A stretch of DNA of 64,000 nucleotides from an uncultured Flavobacteriaceae bacterium (GTDB lineage Bacteria; Bacteroidota; Bacteroidia; NS11-12g; UBA955): positions 263,849 to 327,848 of the forward strand of contig CAZPHB010000001.1 of the NCBI GenBank assembly GCA_964586595.1. Reading direction: 5' to 3'. A program made the translations under genes and the position numbers. Below, in pieces: positions 18,724 through 26,642 of this stretch (within the stretch, counting starts at the first letter, position 1; every line of letters starts with the position of its first letter). Below the pieces are notes generated by a model, which made no database searches, had not been told where the DNA came from, and saw nothing but the letters and a program-made list of their open reading frames with translations.

Positions 18724-21700
18724 ATGATGAATGTATGGAATAATACCAAGGGTTTCACGCTTCTTGTAGCCTTGGTTTGGAGTTGTTGCAAGGTGCAGGG
18801 GCAAAAGGATGAATCGCCACAGGTTTGGGCAGTCGATACCGCCATGGCGGCTCCTGCGGAACCGGCGCCCGACCTTTCGGTGAAGATAAAGAAATACCCT
18901 TCCCTGCTGTGGGAAATTTCCGGCAACGGAGCGAAGAAAAAAAGTTACCTCTACGGAACCATGCATGTGAGTCGCAGACTGGCGTTCAGACTGAGTGATA
19001 CCTTTTTCATGGGCTTAAAAAATGCCGATGTGGTGGCCCTTGAAAGTGATCCGGGTACCTGGATCAACCACCTGGCCGAGGACCAAAACAACCTGTTTCC
19101 CTGGTTTGACTGGTGGTTGAACCTGGACAACAACGACTATCAGGAAGCGCTGGCGCTTAGCCATCCGAATAACCGAACACTGGCGCGCATCATCAGCCGG
19201 GAAGAAAACCTGGCAAACTCTATGTTGTACCGCAAAGAAGACCGAAGCGGCGATTTCAGCGAAGACACGTATCTGGATTTATTCATCTATCAGGCCGGAA
19301 AAAAGCTGGGAAAAACTGTGATAGGGCTGGAAGATTACCGCGAATCGCGGAAAATGGTTAACCGCAGTGAAAAAGAAGATAAAGATGAAGACCTGGATGA
19401 TCGTCCAAGGATCAATCGTTGGGAAATGGACTTTGGGGAGGAAATTGAAAACGCATACCGACAAGGCGACCTTGACCTGCTTGATTCCCTGGATCGCATG
19501 TTGAATCCTGGGAAGAACTACCGTAAATGGATGCTTTTTGAACGCAACAAGGTAATGGCCAATGGCATACACAGCAACATACAGGCCGGAAAGAGCATTT
19601 TTTCAGGTGTTGGCGCCTCGCATCTTCCCGGAGATACCGGCGTGATTGAGCTGCTGCGGCGCATGGGCTATACGGTACGACCCGTTGCTCCAAAAAGCAG
19701 TGGCAAGGCACGAAAGGAAAAAGACCGCATTGATGCCCTGGAACATAAAATCACCCCTGTTGCCTATAAATCGGTAAACAGCGATTTCGAAGCGCTGATG
19801 CCCGGACTGCCTATTTCTGCCTATCAGGATGGCAGTTACCGTTACTTCCATCCCGATGCGGCCAATGGTTCGTACATCAGCATCGCCAAGATTCCTTATT
19901 ACGGTAAGTTCACCGGCCAAACCCCAACGCACATGTTGTTGCGTGTGGACAGCCTGCTCTTCGAATATGTGCGCGGACGCATCATCAGCAAGAACAACCT
20001 GAATAAAAACGGCTTTCAAGCCATGGACATCCGAAACCGCACCGCCCAGGGCAACGCCCAAAGGCTGATGGTGGTGGCTACGCCCACCTACCTGTGGTTT
20101 GTGAAAATGAGTGGACAGAAAGATTATGTATTCGGAAAGAATGGCGAGTCCTTCTTCAATTCCTTCAAAATCACCGAAAGCAACGGCCAAAACTGGACAA
20201 CCTACAGTCCGGAGAGCGGTGGATACAGCCTGCGTTGGCCGGAAAACCTGAACTTCAATCGAGGACTCGGAGATACCAATACCTACCTGCAAGGCCACCG
20301 CGACCTGGAAGCAAGCGATAAAAACGGCGACTACTACTTTTTGAAGCGTTTGGTAAATACCGACGTTGATTATGTAGAAGAAGACAGCTTCGAGCTGTAC
20401 TGGCTGGCCCAGGGATTGGCTGAAAACCTGAAAAGCAAAGTAGCCGGTCACCGTCATTTCCGTATTCAGGGCCATCCGGCCATGGAGGCGCAAATGATTG
20501 CCAAATCCAACGAAAACAGAGCTACGGTGCGCCTACTCATACAAGGTCACATGATCTATGTTTGGGGAACAACCGCCACCGAAAACCTTGATTTCCTGGA
20601 GGGCTTCAAACTGCAGCCTTTCAGGTACGCCAAACCATTTACCCTGCAACATGACAGCATGCACTGGTTCAGCACCGTGAGCCTTCCCATTAAAAACTTT
20701 CATCAGATTAAAGAATCTATGGGTTATCTGGACGGGGAAGACACCGACAGCATGGAACATTACGAATCGCTGAATGAAAACATGAGCTTCACGGCAAGCA
20801 CCGGCGAATTTGTGACCGTATATGCCAGGCGCTTTCATTATTTCGACCGTGAGGTGAGCCTGGACAGCATCTGGAACAGACGCATCAAACAAAACTTGGA
20901 AAACAATTTTTACGTTGTTTCTGAACGCAAAAGCAAAATTGGGCCCTGGGAAACCCTGGATCTGGAATACAGCGATACCGGCTCATCGCGGGTGGTGAAG
21001 GCCCGTTGGTACATGCGCGGGCGCATGAGCTGGTGTGTGGCCACGACCTACGACAGCCTGGAAGGATTAACACCCTTTGTGCGCAGTTTCTACGACAACT
21101 TTAAACCCTTTGACACCTTTACCACGCCTTCCATCTTCGACTGGCGCGGAGATGAGTTGCTTGCGATGATGACTTCGTCAGACAGCACCATCCGTACCAC
21201 CAGTCAGGAATGGGGTGAAGACTACTTCGAACCCAAAGACCATCAGGCCGCGGAAATCATGCGGATCATCGAACAAACCGGCGACCCCAAACAACAGGAA
21301 TTCCGGCATCACCTGATTACCAAATTGGGAACCCTCAAGCACCCAGATTTGATCCCATTCCTGCGCAAGCAATACCAGAAAGCCGGCGATACTACCGACC
21401 TGCAAATTCATATCCTTTCAGCCCTGGCATCCCTGAAAACCAAAGAATCTGCCAAGGCTTACGCCGAATTGCTCATTGATGAAACGCCGCTAAGAAATGA
21501 ATACTTAGGTCGCGAAGTGTTATTGCCACTGCATGATTCATTGAAACTTTACGCCACTACATTACCTGCGCTGTTTGACCTGCTGCGCTATACCGACTAT
21601 AAAGAACACCTGCTGCACATTTCGGCAGAAGCACTGGACAGCGGATTCCTGAAACCTGCAGATTATGCAGCATTTAAAAAGACATTGCTCATGGAATTGC

Positions 21701-22488
21701 GCGATGGTTGGAAACGACTGAAATCGGAAGAAACCTCCAATGACGATTACCGATGGGAATATCGCAAAGAGAAAAAAGATGCCGATGCCGCCTTGCGCTA
21801 CCGCTACTCGGGCACAGGCAACTACCTGTCCGTAGAACCTTCAATAAGGGATCAGCCGGGCATTGTCCTCGACCTCGCGAAGCTGCTGCTGCCCTTCATG
21901 CCCGACCCCGACATCGACAAACGCATTCTGCCCCTGCTCGGTTCCAGAGATAAAGTTTTTTGCCTACTCGTGGCAGAACAACTCTTTCAAAAGGGAAAAG
22001 CACTGCCGGACACACTCCTGCCTTTCTTCCTGAGGGAACCCTTGTTGCGCTATGGCGCATTGCGCATGATGTACCTGAGCAACAAAACCAGCCTCATCCC
22101 CGACAGCCTCCGTGGTGGATTGGCTTTGGCACAAGCCTACATGACCTTTGATGAAGTGGGCAGGAAAGACAGTTTGATTTACCTGAAATCCATGCCCATG
22201 GAATATAAAAATCAAACAGGCGAACTTCATTTCTTTCGCCTACGCACAAAGGATGAATACTATGGCAAACCGGGTAAATTAACCTGGGTTTGGATTCCGG
22301 GAGAACTGAATCAAAATTCACTAAAAGAACATCCGGAAAGTGCACGCAGAACCATCAACCAGAATTATCCCCTGGAACAACAAATGAATGATGTGTTGTT
22401 GAACTACCGCTATGATCAAAGAAAGCGTTGGGTTCCGGCATCGCTGAATAACAGCAGTGAGTGGGATTACACCTCGTACGGCGAATAA
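18724..22488 (+). CDS. Giant (~1254 aa) TraB/GumN-family fusion protein: N-terminal TraB/GumN (Tiki-like) domain + beta-rich middle region + C-terminal HEAT/ARM-like helical repeats
   Basis: Start placed at MMNVWNNTKGFTLLVALVWSCCKVQG (signal peptide). TraB/GumN hallmarks are SLLWEISGNGAKKKSYLYGTMHVS and, near residue 390, GVGASHLPGDTGVIELLRRMGYTVRPV. About 860 further residues follow, ending in helical repeats (DLIPFLRKQYQKAGDTTDLQIHILSALASLKTKESAKAYAELLID...). Confidence 0.8.
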   Translation: MMNVWNNTKGFTLLVALVWSCCKVQGQKDESPQVWAVDTAMAAPAEPAPDLSVKIKKYPSLLWEISGNGAKKKSYLYGTMHVSRRLAFRLSDTFFMGLKNADVVALESDPGTWINHLAEDQNNLFPWFDWWLNLDNNDYQEALALSHPNNRTLARIISREENLANSMLYRKEDRSGDFSEDTYLDLFIYQAGKKLGKTVIGLEDYRESRKMVNRSEKEDKDEDLDDRPRINRWEMDFGEEIENAYRQGDLDLLDSLDRMLNPGKNYRKWMLFERNKVMANGIHSNIQAGKSIFSGVGASHLPGDTGVIELLRRMGYTVRPVAPKSSGKARKEKDRIDALEHKITPVAYKSVNSDFEALMPGLPISAYQDGSYRYFHPDAANGSYISIAKIPYYGKFTGQTPTHMLLRVDSLLFEYVRGRIISKNNLNKNGFQAMDIRNRTAQGNAQRLMVVATPTYLWFVKMSGQKDYVFGKNGESFFNSFKITESNGQNWTTYSPESGGYSLRWPENLNFNRGLGDTNTYLQGHRDLEASDKNGDYYFLKRLVNTDVDYVEEDSFELYWLAQGLAENLKSKVAGHRHFRIQGHPAMEAQMIAKSNENRATVRLLIQGHMIYVWGTTATENLDFLEGFKLQPFRYAKPFTLQHDSMHWFSTVSLPIKNFHQIKESMGYLDGEDTDSMEHYESLNENMSFTASTGEFVTVYARRFHYFDREVSLDSIWNRRIKQNLENNFYVVSERKSKIGPWETLDLEYSDTGSSRVVKARWYMRGRMSWCVATTYDSLEGLTPFVRSFYDNFKPFDTFTTPSIFDWRGDELLAMMTSSDSTIRTTSQEWGEDYFEPKDHQAAEIMRIIEQTGDPKQQEFRHHLITKLGTLKHPDLIPFLRKQYQKAGDTTDLQIHILSALASLKTKESAKAYAELLIDETPLRNEYLGREVLLPLHDSLKLYATTLPALFDLLRYTDYKEHLLHISAEALDSGFLKPADYAAFKKTLLMELRDGWKRLKSEETSNDDYRWEYRKEKKDADAALRYRYSGTGNYLSVEPSIRDQPGIVLDLAKLLLPFMPDPDIDKRILPLLGSRDKVFCLLVAEQLFQKGKALPDTLLPFFLREPLLRYGALRMMYLSNKTSLIPDSLRGGLALAQAYMTFDEVGRKDSLIYLKSMPMEYKNQTGELHFFRLRTKDEYYGKPGKLTWVWIPGELNQNSLKEHPESARRTINQNYPLEQQMNDVLLNYRYDQRKRWVPASLNNSSEWDYTSYGE

Positions 22489-22494
22489 CCCAAA

Positions 22495-23733
22495 ATGAAT
22501 CCAAAAGGAAGAACCATATTTCTATTCCTTTTGCTTCAGGTTTGTTTTGGAGCAAACACCCAGGCCCAAATCCCGGGCTGCACAGATCCTCTGGCTGTGA
22601 ATTATCAGCCTGCTGCGACCAAAAACGACGGATCCTGCATGTATCAATCGGCAAGTGTTGGGGCGAAATCCACATTTCGCCTTCCCGACAGTTTGTCGGA
22701 AAGCTCCGGGTTGTTGCTGCATCGGGGATTCCTTTGGAGCCATAACGACGATACCGATCCGGGCCTTTATTTCTGGAAACCGGACGCCACACCCGTGCCT
22801 GGCAGGAAAACAATCAGCGGTGTAAAAAACAATGATTGGGAAGACCTAACCCGAGATGATTCATATTATTACATAGGAGACTTCGGAAACAACGGCTCCG
22901 GAAATCGGCGCAATCTGAACATCCTGCGCATTGCAGATCCTTCCTTGCAGGGAACAGTGCTGAACGCCGACACCATCTTTTTTAGCTACGAAGACCAAAT
23001 AGACTTCACGGCCCAGGCCGCCAACAGCACTGATTTTGATTGCGAAGCCATGATCGCCTTTGGCGACAGCCTGTATCTGTTCACCAAACAATGGCTGCGT
23101 CAAAATACGGCATGTTATGTACTGCCCAAAACACCCGGAACGCATGTAGCCAAACTAAGGGAATCCTTTGATGTGCAAGGTTTAATTACAGGAGCTTCTG
23201 TGCTTCCCGACCAACGCTTGCTGTTGTTGTGCGGTTACAGTAAAATGCTGCAGCCCTTTGTGTATCTATGCTATGATTTTGAAGGAAGTGACTTCTTCAG
23301 CGGCAACAAACGAAAGTTGAACCTGGACCTTGGCTTTCATCAGGTGGAAGGCATCAGCACCGAAAACGGGCTGGATGCTTATGTGAGCAATGAGCAGCTC
23401 AGGCAAATCATCACCGTGGCGCCCCAGATTCATCGCCTTGACCTCAGGCCTTACCTGTCCGCGTACCTGAGCACTTCAGGCAAAAAAACATACGAGCCTT
23501 TGGTTGCGGGTTGCAGTGTTTTCATTCAGGGCCAGCATCTGTATTTGAACGCCCCTGCAAACCTGGTTTCGGCACCGTGGAAAATCATCAACAGCGAAGG
23601 ACGCCAATTGGATACAGGAACAGTCAAAGAAAAACACAGCGTCATTCTTGTGCATCATCTGCCGGAAGGTTTGTATTACCTCAGTATTGGATCAGGAGCT
23701 ACCACGTACAGCTTCAAGTGGATGAAGCAATGA
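22495..23733 (+). CDS. Secreted hypothetical protein with T9SS type A C-terminal sorting domain
   Basis: Signal peptide MNPKGRTIFLFLLLQVCFGANTQAQ. C-terminal ~80 aa (...WKIINSEGRQLDTGTVKEKHSVILVHHLPEGLYYLSIGSGATTYSFKWMKQ) fits the T9SS CTD pattern. It starts 6 nt after the TraB/GumN giant gene. Confidence 0.8.
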   Translation: MNPKGRTIFLFLLLQVCFGANTQAQIPGCTDPLAVNYQPAATKNDGSCMYQSASVGAKSTFRLPDSLSESSGLLLHRGFLWSHNDDTDPGLYFWKPDATPVPGRKTISGVKNNDWEDLTRDDSYYYIGDFGNNGSGNRRNLNILRIADPSLQGTVLNADTIFFSYEDQIDFTAQAANSTDFDCEAMIAFGDSLYLFTKQWLRQNTACYVLPKTPGTHVAKLRESFDVQGLITGASVLPDQRLLLLCGYSKMLQPFVYLCYDFEGSDFFSGNKRKLNLDLGFHQVEGISTENGLDAYVSNEQLRQIITVAPQIHRLDLRPYLSAYLSTSGKKTYEPLVAGCSVFIQGQHLYLNAPANLVSAPWKIINSEGRQLDTGTVKEKHSVILVHHLPEGLYYLSIGSGATTYSFKWMKQ

Positions 23734-23739
23734 GCCATT

Positions 23740-24492
23740 TTACCAGCTTCCGCTGGCGCCACCGCCTCCACTTTGACCACCGCCGAAGCCACCCCAGCCT
23801 CCGCCGGACCCGCCTCTGCCACCAAAACCACCGCCGGGAAACCACATTCCGCCGCTTCGGCCATAGCGACCAATGCTGCCGCCTCGCCTGCCCGAACTAA
23901 GGAAAAAAGCCAACAAGATGACAATGAGCGGAATAATGAACTTCAATCCTTTACCCTTTTCCTTGGGTTCGGCCTGATATTCGCCCCGGCTCAGGGCCAT
24001 GATTCGGTTGCTGAGTTCGTTCAGCCCGCCGTAATAATCACCGCTTCTGAACGCAGGCTTCAAGATTTCGTCAATAAGCCGCGAAGACCGAATATCTCCA
24101 AGAAACTGTTCGGAACCCCGGCCCGTATGGATGCGGATCTTTTTGTCTTTAACAGCCACATAAATAAGCACACCGTTGTTCTTGCCCTTTTGTCCGATGC
24201 CCCATTGATTAAAAAGGTTGTGGGCACGGTTCCATAAGTCATCACCTTCCAAAGAAGTTTCGGTAACAATGGCAATTTGAACGCTGCTGCTGTCGGTATC
24301 CCAACGTTCCAGTTTGGCTTGTAGTTCGGCTTCCTGCGCATCCGGAATTACCTGTGCGTAATCATTCACCAGCTTGTTTGAGCGCGCAGGAATTTCTGCA
24401 GCCTGCAAGGTCGCAGCGCATACAAGTCCCAGAACAATGAATAAAGTACTACGCATACGATGGCTTGTCGTCAAGTTCATTTTTATCGCCAT
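23740..24492 (-). CDS. TPM-domain protein (YgcG-like) with signal peptide, TM segment and Gly-rich C-terminal tail
   Basis: TPM/DUF477-like region (...LVNDYAQVIPDAQEAELQAKLERWDTDSSSVQIAIVTE..., ...NNGVLIYVAVKDKKIRIHTGRG...), a TM segment (FIIPLIVILLAFFL) and a tail GGGFGGRGGSGGGWGGFGGGQSGGGGASGSW. The true start may be M5 (24480) or M13 (24456), which would relieve the 44-nt overlap with the upstream gene. Confidence 0.8.
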   Translation of the reverse strand: MAIKMNLTTSHRMRSTLFIVLGLVCAATLQAAEIPARSNKLVNDYAQVIPDAQEAELQAKLERWDTDSSSVQIAIVTETSLEGDDLWNRAHNLFNQWGIGQKGKNNGVLIYVAVKDKKIRIHTGRGSEQFLGDIRSSRLIDEILKPAFRSGDYYGGLNELSNRIMALSRGEYQAEPKEKGKGLKFIIPLIVILLAFFLSSGRRGGSIGRYGRSGGMWFPGGGFGGRGGSGGGWGGFGGGQSGGGGASGSW

Positions 24493-24892
24493 CCTGATAA
24501 GGGAAATACACCTTCAGCTTCTCGCCGGCGCGGGCAATTCCGGAAATCAAAGCCTGTGGCAGATCACCACGTTGAAAGTGCTGCTGCATTTCATCGCGCA
24601 CCTCTTCCCAAAAATCCTTCCCTACCCGTTTGTGAATCCCTTGATCACCAATGATGGCAAACTGCCGGTCGCGGAGGGATACACAAATCAGCACACCATT
24701 TCTGGCTGCTGTTTTTTGCATGCCCAATTTATTGAACGCGTGCGCTGCGGCATCCAAGATGTCACCGTTTAGCCTGGCAATCAGGTGCACCCTGATTTCG
24801 CCCGAGGTTTGGCGCTCTGCATCGCGGATGGCATCAATGACGCGCGCCTCATCCGTTTTACTGAGCAAAGGTTTTGCGAACAGCGAAAACAC
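24449..24892 (-). CDS. TPM-domain protein (cytoplasmic-type, no signal peptide)
   Basis: ...AIRDAERQTSGEIRVHLIARL... and ...NGVLICVSLRDRQFAIIGDQGIH... are TPM-fold motifs. The GTG start at 24890-24892 directly abuts the LemA stop at 24893-24895. Confidence 0.75.
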   Translation of the reverse strand: MFSLFAKPLLSKTDEARVIDAIRDAERQTSGEIRVHLIARLNGDILDAAAHAFNKLGMQKTAARNGVLICVSLRDRQFAIIGDQGIHKRVGKDFWEEVRDEMQQHFQRGDLPQALISGIARAGEKLKVYFPYQDGDKNELDDKPSYA

Positions 24893-25486
24893 TTAGGGTT
24901 TATTAAAATCCACTTTAGGTGCTTTGTCGGCGCCGGCATCTGCCTGGAAAGCTGCCTTCTTTTCAAAGCCAAATATTCCGGCGAAGATGTTTCCGGGGAA
25001 GCGACGCACGGCAACGTTGTAATCCTTCACCGCGGAATTGTATTTGTCGCGTTCTGCCTTGATGCGGTTTTCGGTTTCATCCAGAGAAACCATCAAATCG
25101 CGGAAACCCTGAACAGCCTGCAGCGTGGGATAATTTTCTGCCACCGCCAGCAAACGTCCAATACCGCTGGAAAGTTTGGTTTGTGCCTCTTGAAATTTGG
25201 CCAGATTTTCTTCGGAAAGTTGTTCGGCAGAAAGCGTGATTTTAGATGCTTCTGCACGTGCATCCATTACTTGAGTAAGGGTAGATTTCTCGAAGTTGGC
25301 GGCGCCCTGAACGGTGCTTACCAGGTTGGGAATCAAATCGGCGCGGCGCTGGTAGGCAGACTGCACATAACCCCAGGCAGTGCTCACGGATTCTTCGCGG
25401 TTCACGAAACGGTTGTAGTTACAGGCAGCAGGACCAATCAACAAGATGGCCAGTCCGATGATGATCAGGAGTGATTTATTCTTCAT
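24893..25486 (-). CDS. LemA family protein
   Basis: N-terminal TM (LLIIIGLAILLIGPAAC) followed by the LemA core (...YNRFVNREESVSTAWGYVQSAYQRRADLIPNLVSTVQGAANFEKSTLTQVMDARA...). The ATG overlaps the lipB stop (ATGA). Confidence 0.88.
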   Translation of the reverse strand: MKNKSLLIIIGLAILLIGPAACNYNRFVNREESVSTAWGYVQSAYQRRADLIPNLVSTVQGAANFEKSTLTQVMDARAEASKITLSAEQLSEENLAKFQEAQTKLSSGIGRLLAVAENYPTLQAVQGFRDLMVSLDETENRIKAERDKYNSAVKDYNVAVRRFPGNIFAGIFGFEKKAAFQADAGADKAPKVDFNKP

Positions 25487-26178
25487 GGGTTCAATACCGT
25501 ATTTTGTTGCACAAAGTTAAACGGGAAATATGCCTGCAAGCATTGCAGCATCGCGTCAGCTGCCTCGTTCATCGAAACATGCCTTCCCACTTCATTGCTT
25601 ATTCCTGTGACACCGCGGTCAGGGATGCCGCAGGGTACAATATGACCAAACCAGTTCAGGTCGGTATGCACATTCAACGCCAAACCGTGCATGGTATAAT
25701 GTCTGCTGCATCTAATGCCTATGGCGGCAATTTTCCGTTCGGCCGTGGTTCCGGATTCTACCCAAACACCGGTTCTGCCGGCCACCAAACCGGCGCTGAT
25801 CCCAAAACGAGCCACGCAGTCTATGATGCTCTGTTCCAAGGCTTCGACAAATCGTTTCACACCCATGTTGAGCAATTCAAGATCGAACATGGGGTAAACC
25901 ACCAATTGCCCGGGGCCGTGGAAGGTTACATCACCACCGCGTTCGATTTCAAAAACGTCTGCACCAATCCTGCGCAACATATCGGGTGTTGCCAGCATAT
26001 TGCTTTGTTGGGCGTGTTTGCCAAAGGTGTACACCGGATGATGCTCCACAATGATTAACCTGTTTACAGGCAACAATCCATGGCTGCGTTGCTCCATGGC
26101 TTCAGCAAACCAGGTCCTTTGCAGGTCCAGCACCTTGCCGTACGGTTGCAATCCCAAGTTGAACAGCGCTGCCTCCAT
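25483..26178 (-). CDS. lipB: Lipoyl(octanoyl) transferase
   Basis: 231 aa. ...LIIVEHHPVYTFGKH..., ...RGGDVTFHGPGQLVVYPMFDL... and the catalytic region IGIRCSRHYTMHGLALNV... match LipB. Confidence 0.92.
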   Translation of the reverse strand: MEAALFNLGLQPYGKVLDLQRTWFAEAMEQRSHGLLPVNRLIIVEHHPVYTFGKHAQQSNMLATPDMLRRIGADVFEIERGGDVTFHGPGQLVVYPMFDLELLNMGVKRFVEALEQSIIDCVARFGISAGLVAGRTGVWVESGTTAERKIAAIGIRCSRHYTMHGLALNVHTDLNWFGHIVPCGIPDRGVTGISNEVGRHVSMNEAADAMLQCLQAYFPFNFVQQNTVLNP

Positions 26179-26221
26179 GCGTCAAAGTTCGTATATTTCC
26201 AGGGCCAATGGCTTGATTTTG

Positions 26222-26578
26222 ATGAATTTGGGGCAGTGGGGTGAACAAGAGGCCTGTGCGTACCTGGTGCAAAGAGGCTACGAGGTGCTTGAACGAAACT
26301 ATCGGGCCGGACGAGATGAATTGGACATCATTGCGCGCCGGCAAAACCTGATTGTGGTATTTGAAGTAAAGACCCGCAGCAGCAATCGATACGGATACCC
26401 CGAATCATTTGTAGGCACCGCCAAGCAACAGCGGATGTTCCGCGCCGCAGAACACTATTTGCAACATCATTGTCCACAAGCCGCTTTGCGATTTGATGTC
26501 ATTTCGGTCGAAAAAACCGGCAACACATTTATTATCAACCACTTCGAAGACGCATTTTATCCAAATCACTGGCCATAG
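26222..26578 (+). CDS. YraN family (UPF0102) endonuclease-like protein
   Basis: Start placed at MNLGQWGEQEACAYLVQRGYEVLERNYRAGRDELDIIARRQNLIVVFEVKTR... (PD-(D/E)xK-like DELDII...EVK core of the YraN family). The ORF-track extension overlaps the divergent lipB start and is rejected. Confidence 0.75.
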   Translation: MNLGQWGEQEACAYLVQRGYEVLERNYRAGRDELDIIARRQNLIVVFEVKTRSSNRYGYPESFVGTAKQQRMFRAAEHYLQHHCPQAALRFDVISVEKTGNTFIINHFEDAFYPNHWP

Positions 26579-26629
26579 CACACACTGAATTGTTCAAAAC
26601 TCCAAAATAGGAAGGGGGCTTTATCGTTA

Positions 26630-26637
26630 TATTTTTG
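26630..26637 (+). promoter_or_regulatory. Bacteroidota -7 promoter element TATTTTTG, 5 nt upstream of the ATG of the 1005-aa TPR gene
   Basis: TAnnTTTG match inside TTATATTTTTG. The ATG is at 26643, which implies a leaderless or near-leaderless transcript. Confidence 0.4.
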
Positions 26638-26642
26638 TGCAC

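Noticed and set aside
18618-18926. ORF-track 5' extensions of the two divergent genes (16092..18926 and 18598..22488), which overlap each other.
   Set aside because: Both extensions precede clear signal peptides (MHLRLF...AQ and MMNVWNN...) and would make the divergent genes overlap by about 300 nt. The starts were trimmed to 18617 and 18724.
19603-20493. 296-aa ORF on the minus strand inside the TraB/GumN giant gene. Other long antisense ORFs are similar: 2248-2808, 9965-10633, 11700-12443, 14432-15139, 28752-29447, 34226-34702, 50019-50927, 58462-59181 and 61964-62806.
   Set aside because: All lie entirely within well-supported genes on the opposite strand or in another frame. Their translations are low-complexity or Arg/His/Gln-rich without recognisable motifs. 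Such ORFs are expected by chance in GC-balanced coding DNA.
23760-23880. Apparent DNA-level tandem repeat of ccgcc/gccacc units.
   Set aside because: It is the coding sequence for the Gly-rich C-terminal tail (GGGFGGRGGSGGGW...) of the TPM-domain protein on the minus strand, not a non-coding repeat or CRISPR-like array.
26051-26221. ORF-track N-terminal extension of the YraN-family gene (start 26051).
   Set aside because: It would overlap the divergent lipB coding region by about 130 nt, and the added residues are not part of the conserved YraN fold. The start was moved to the ATG at 26222.
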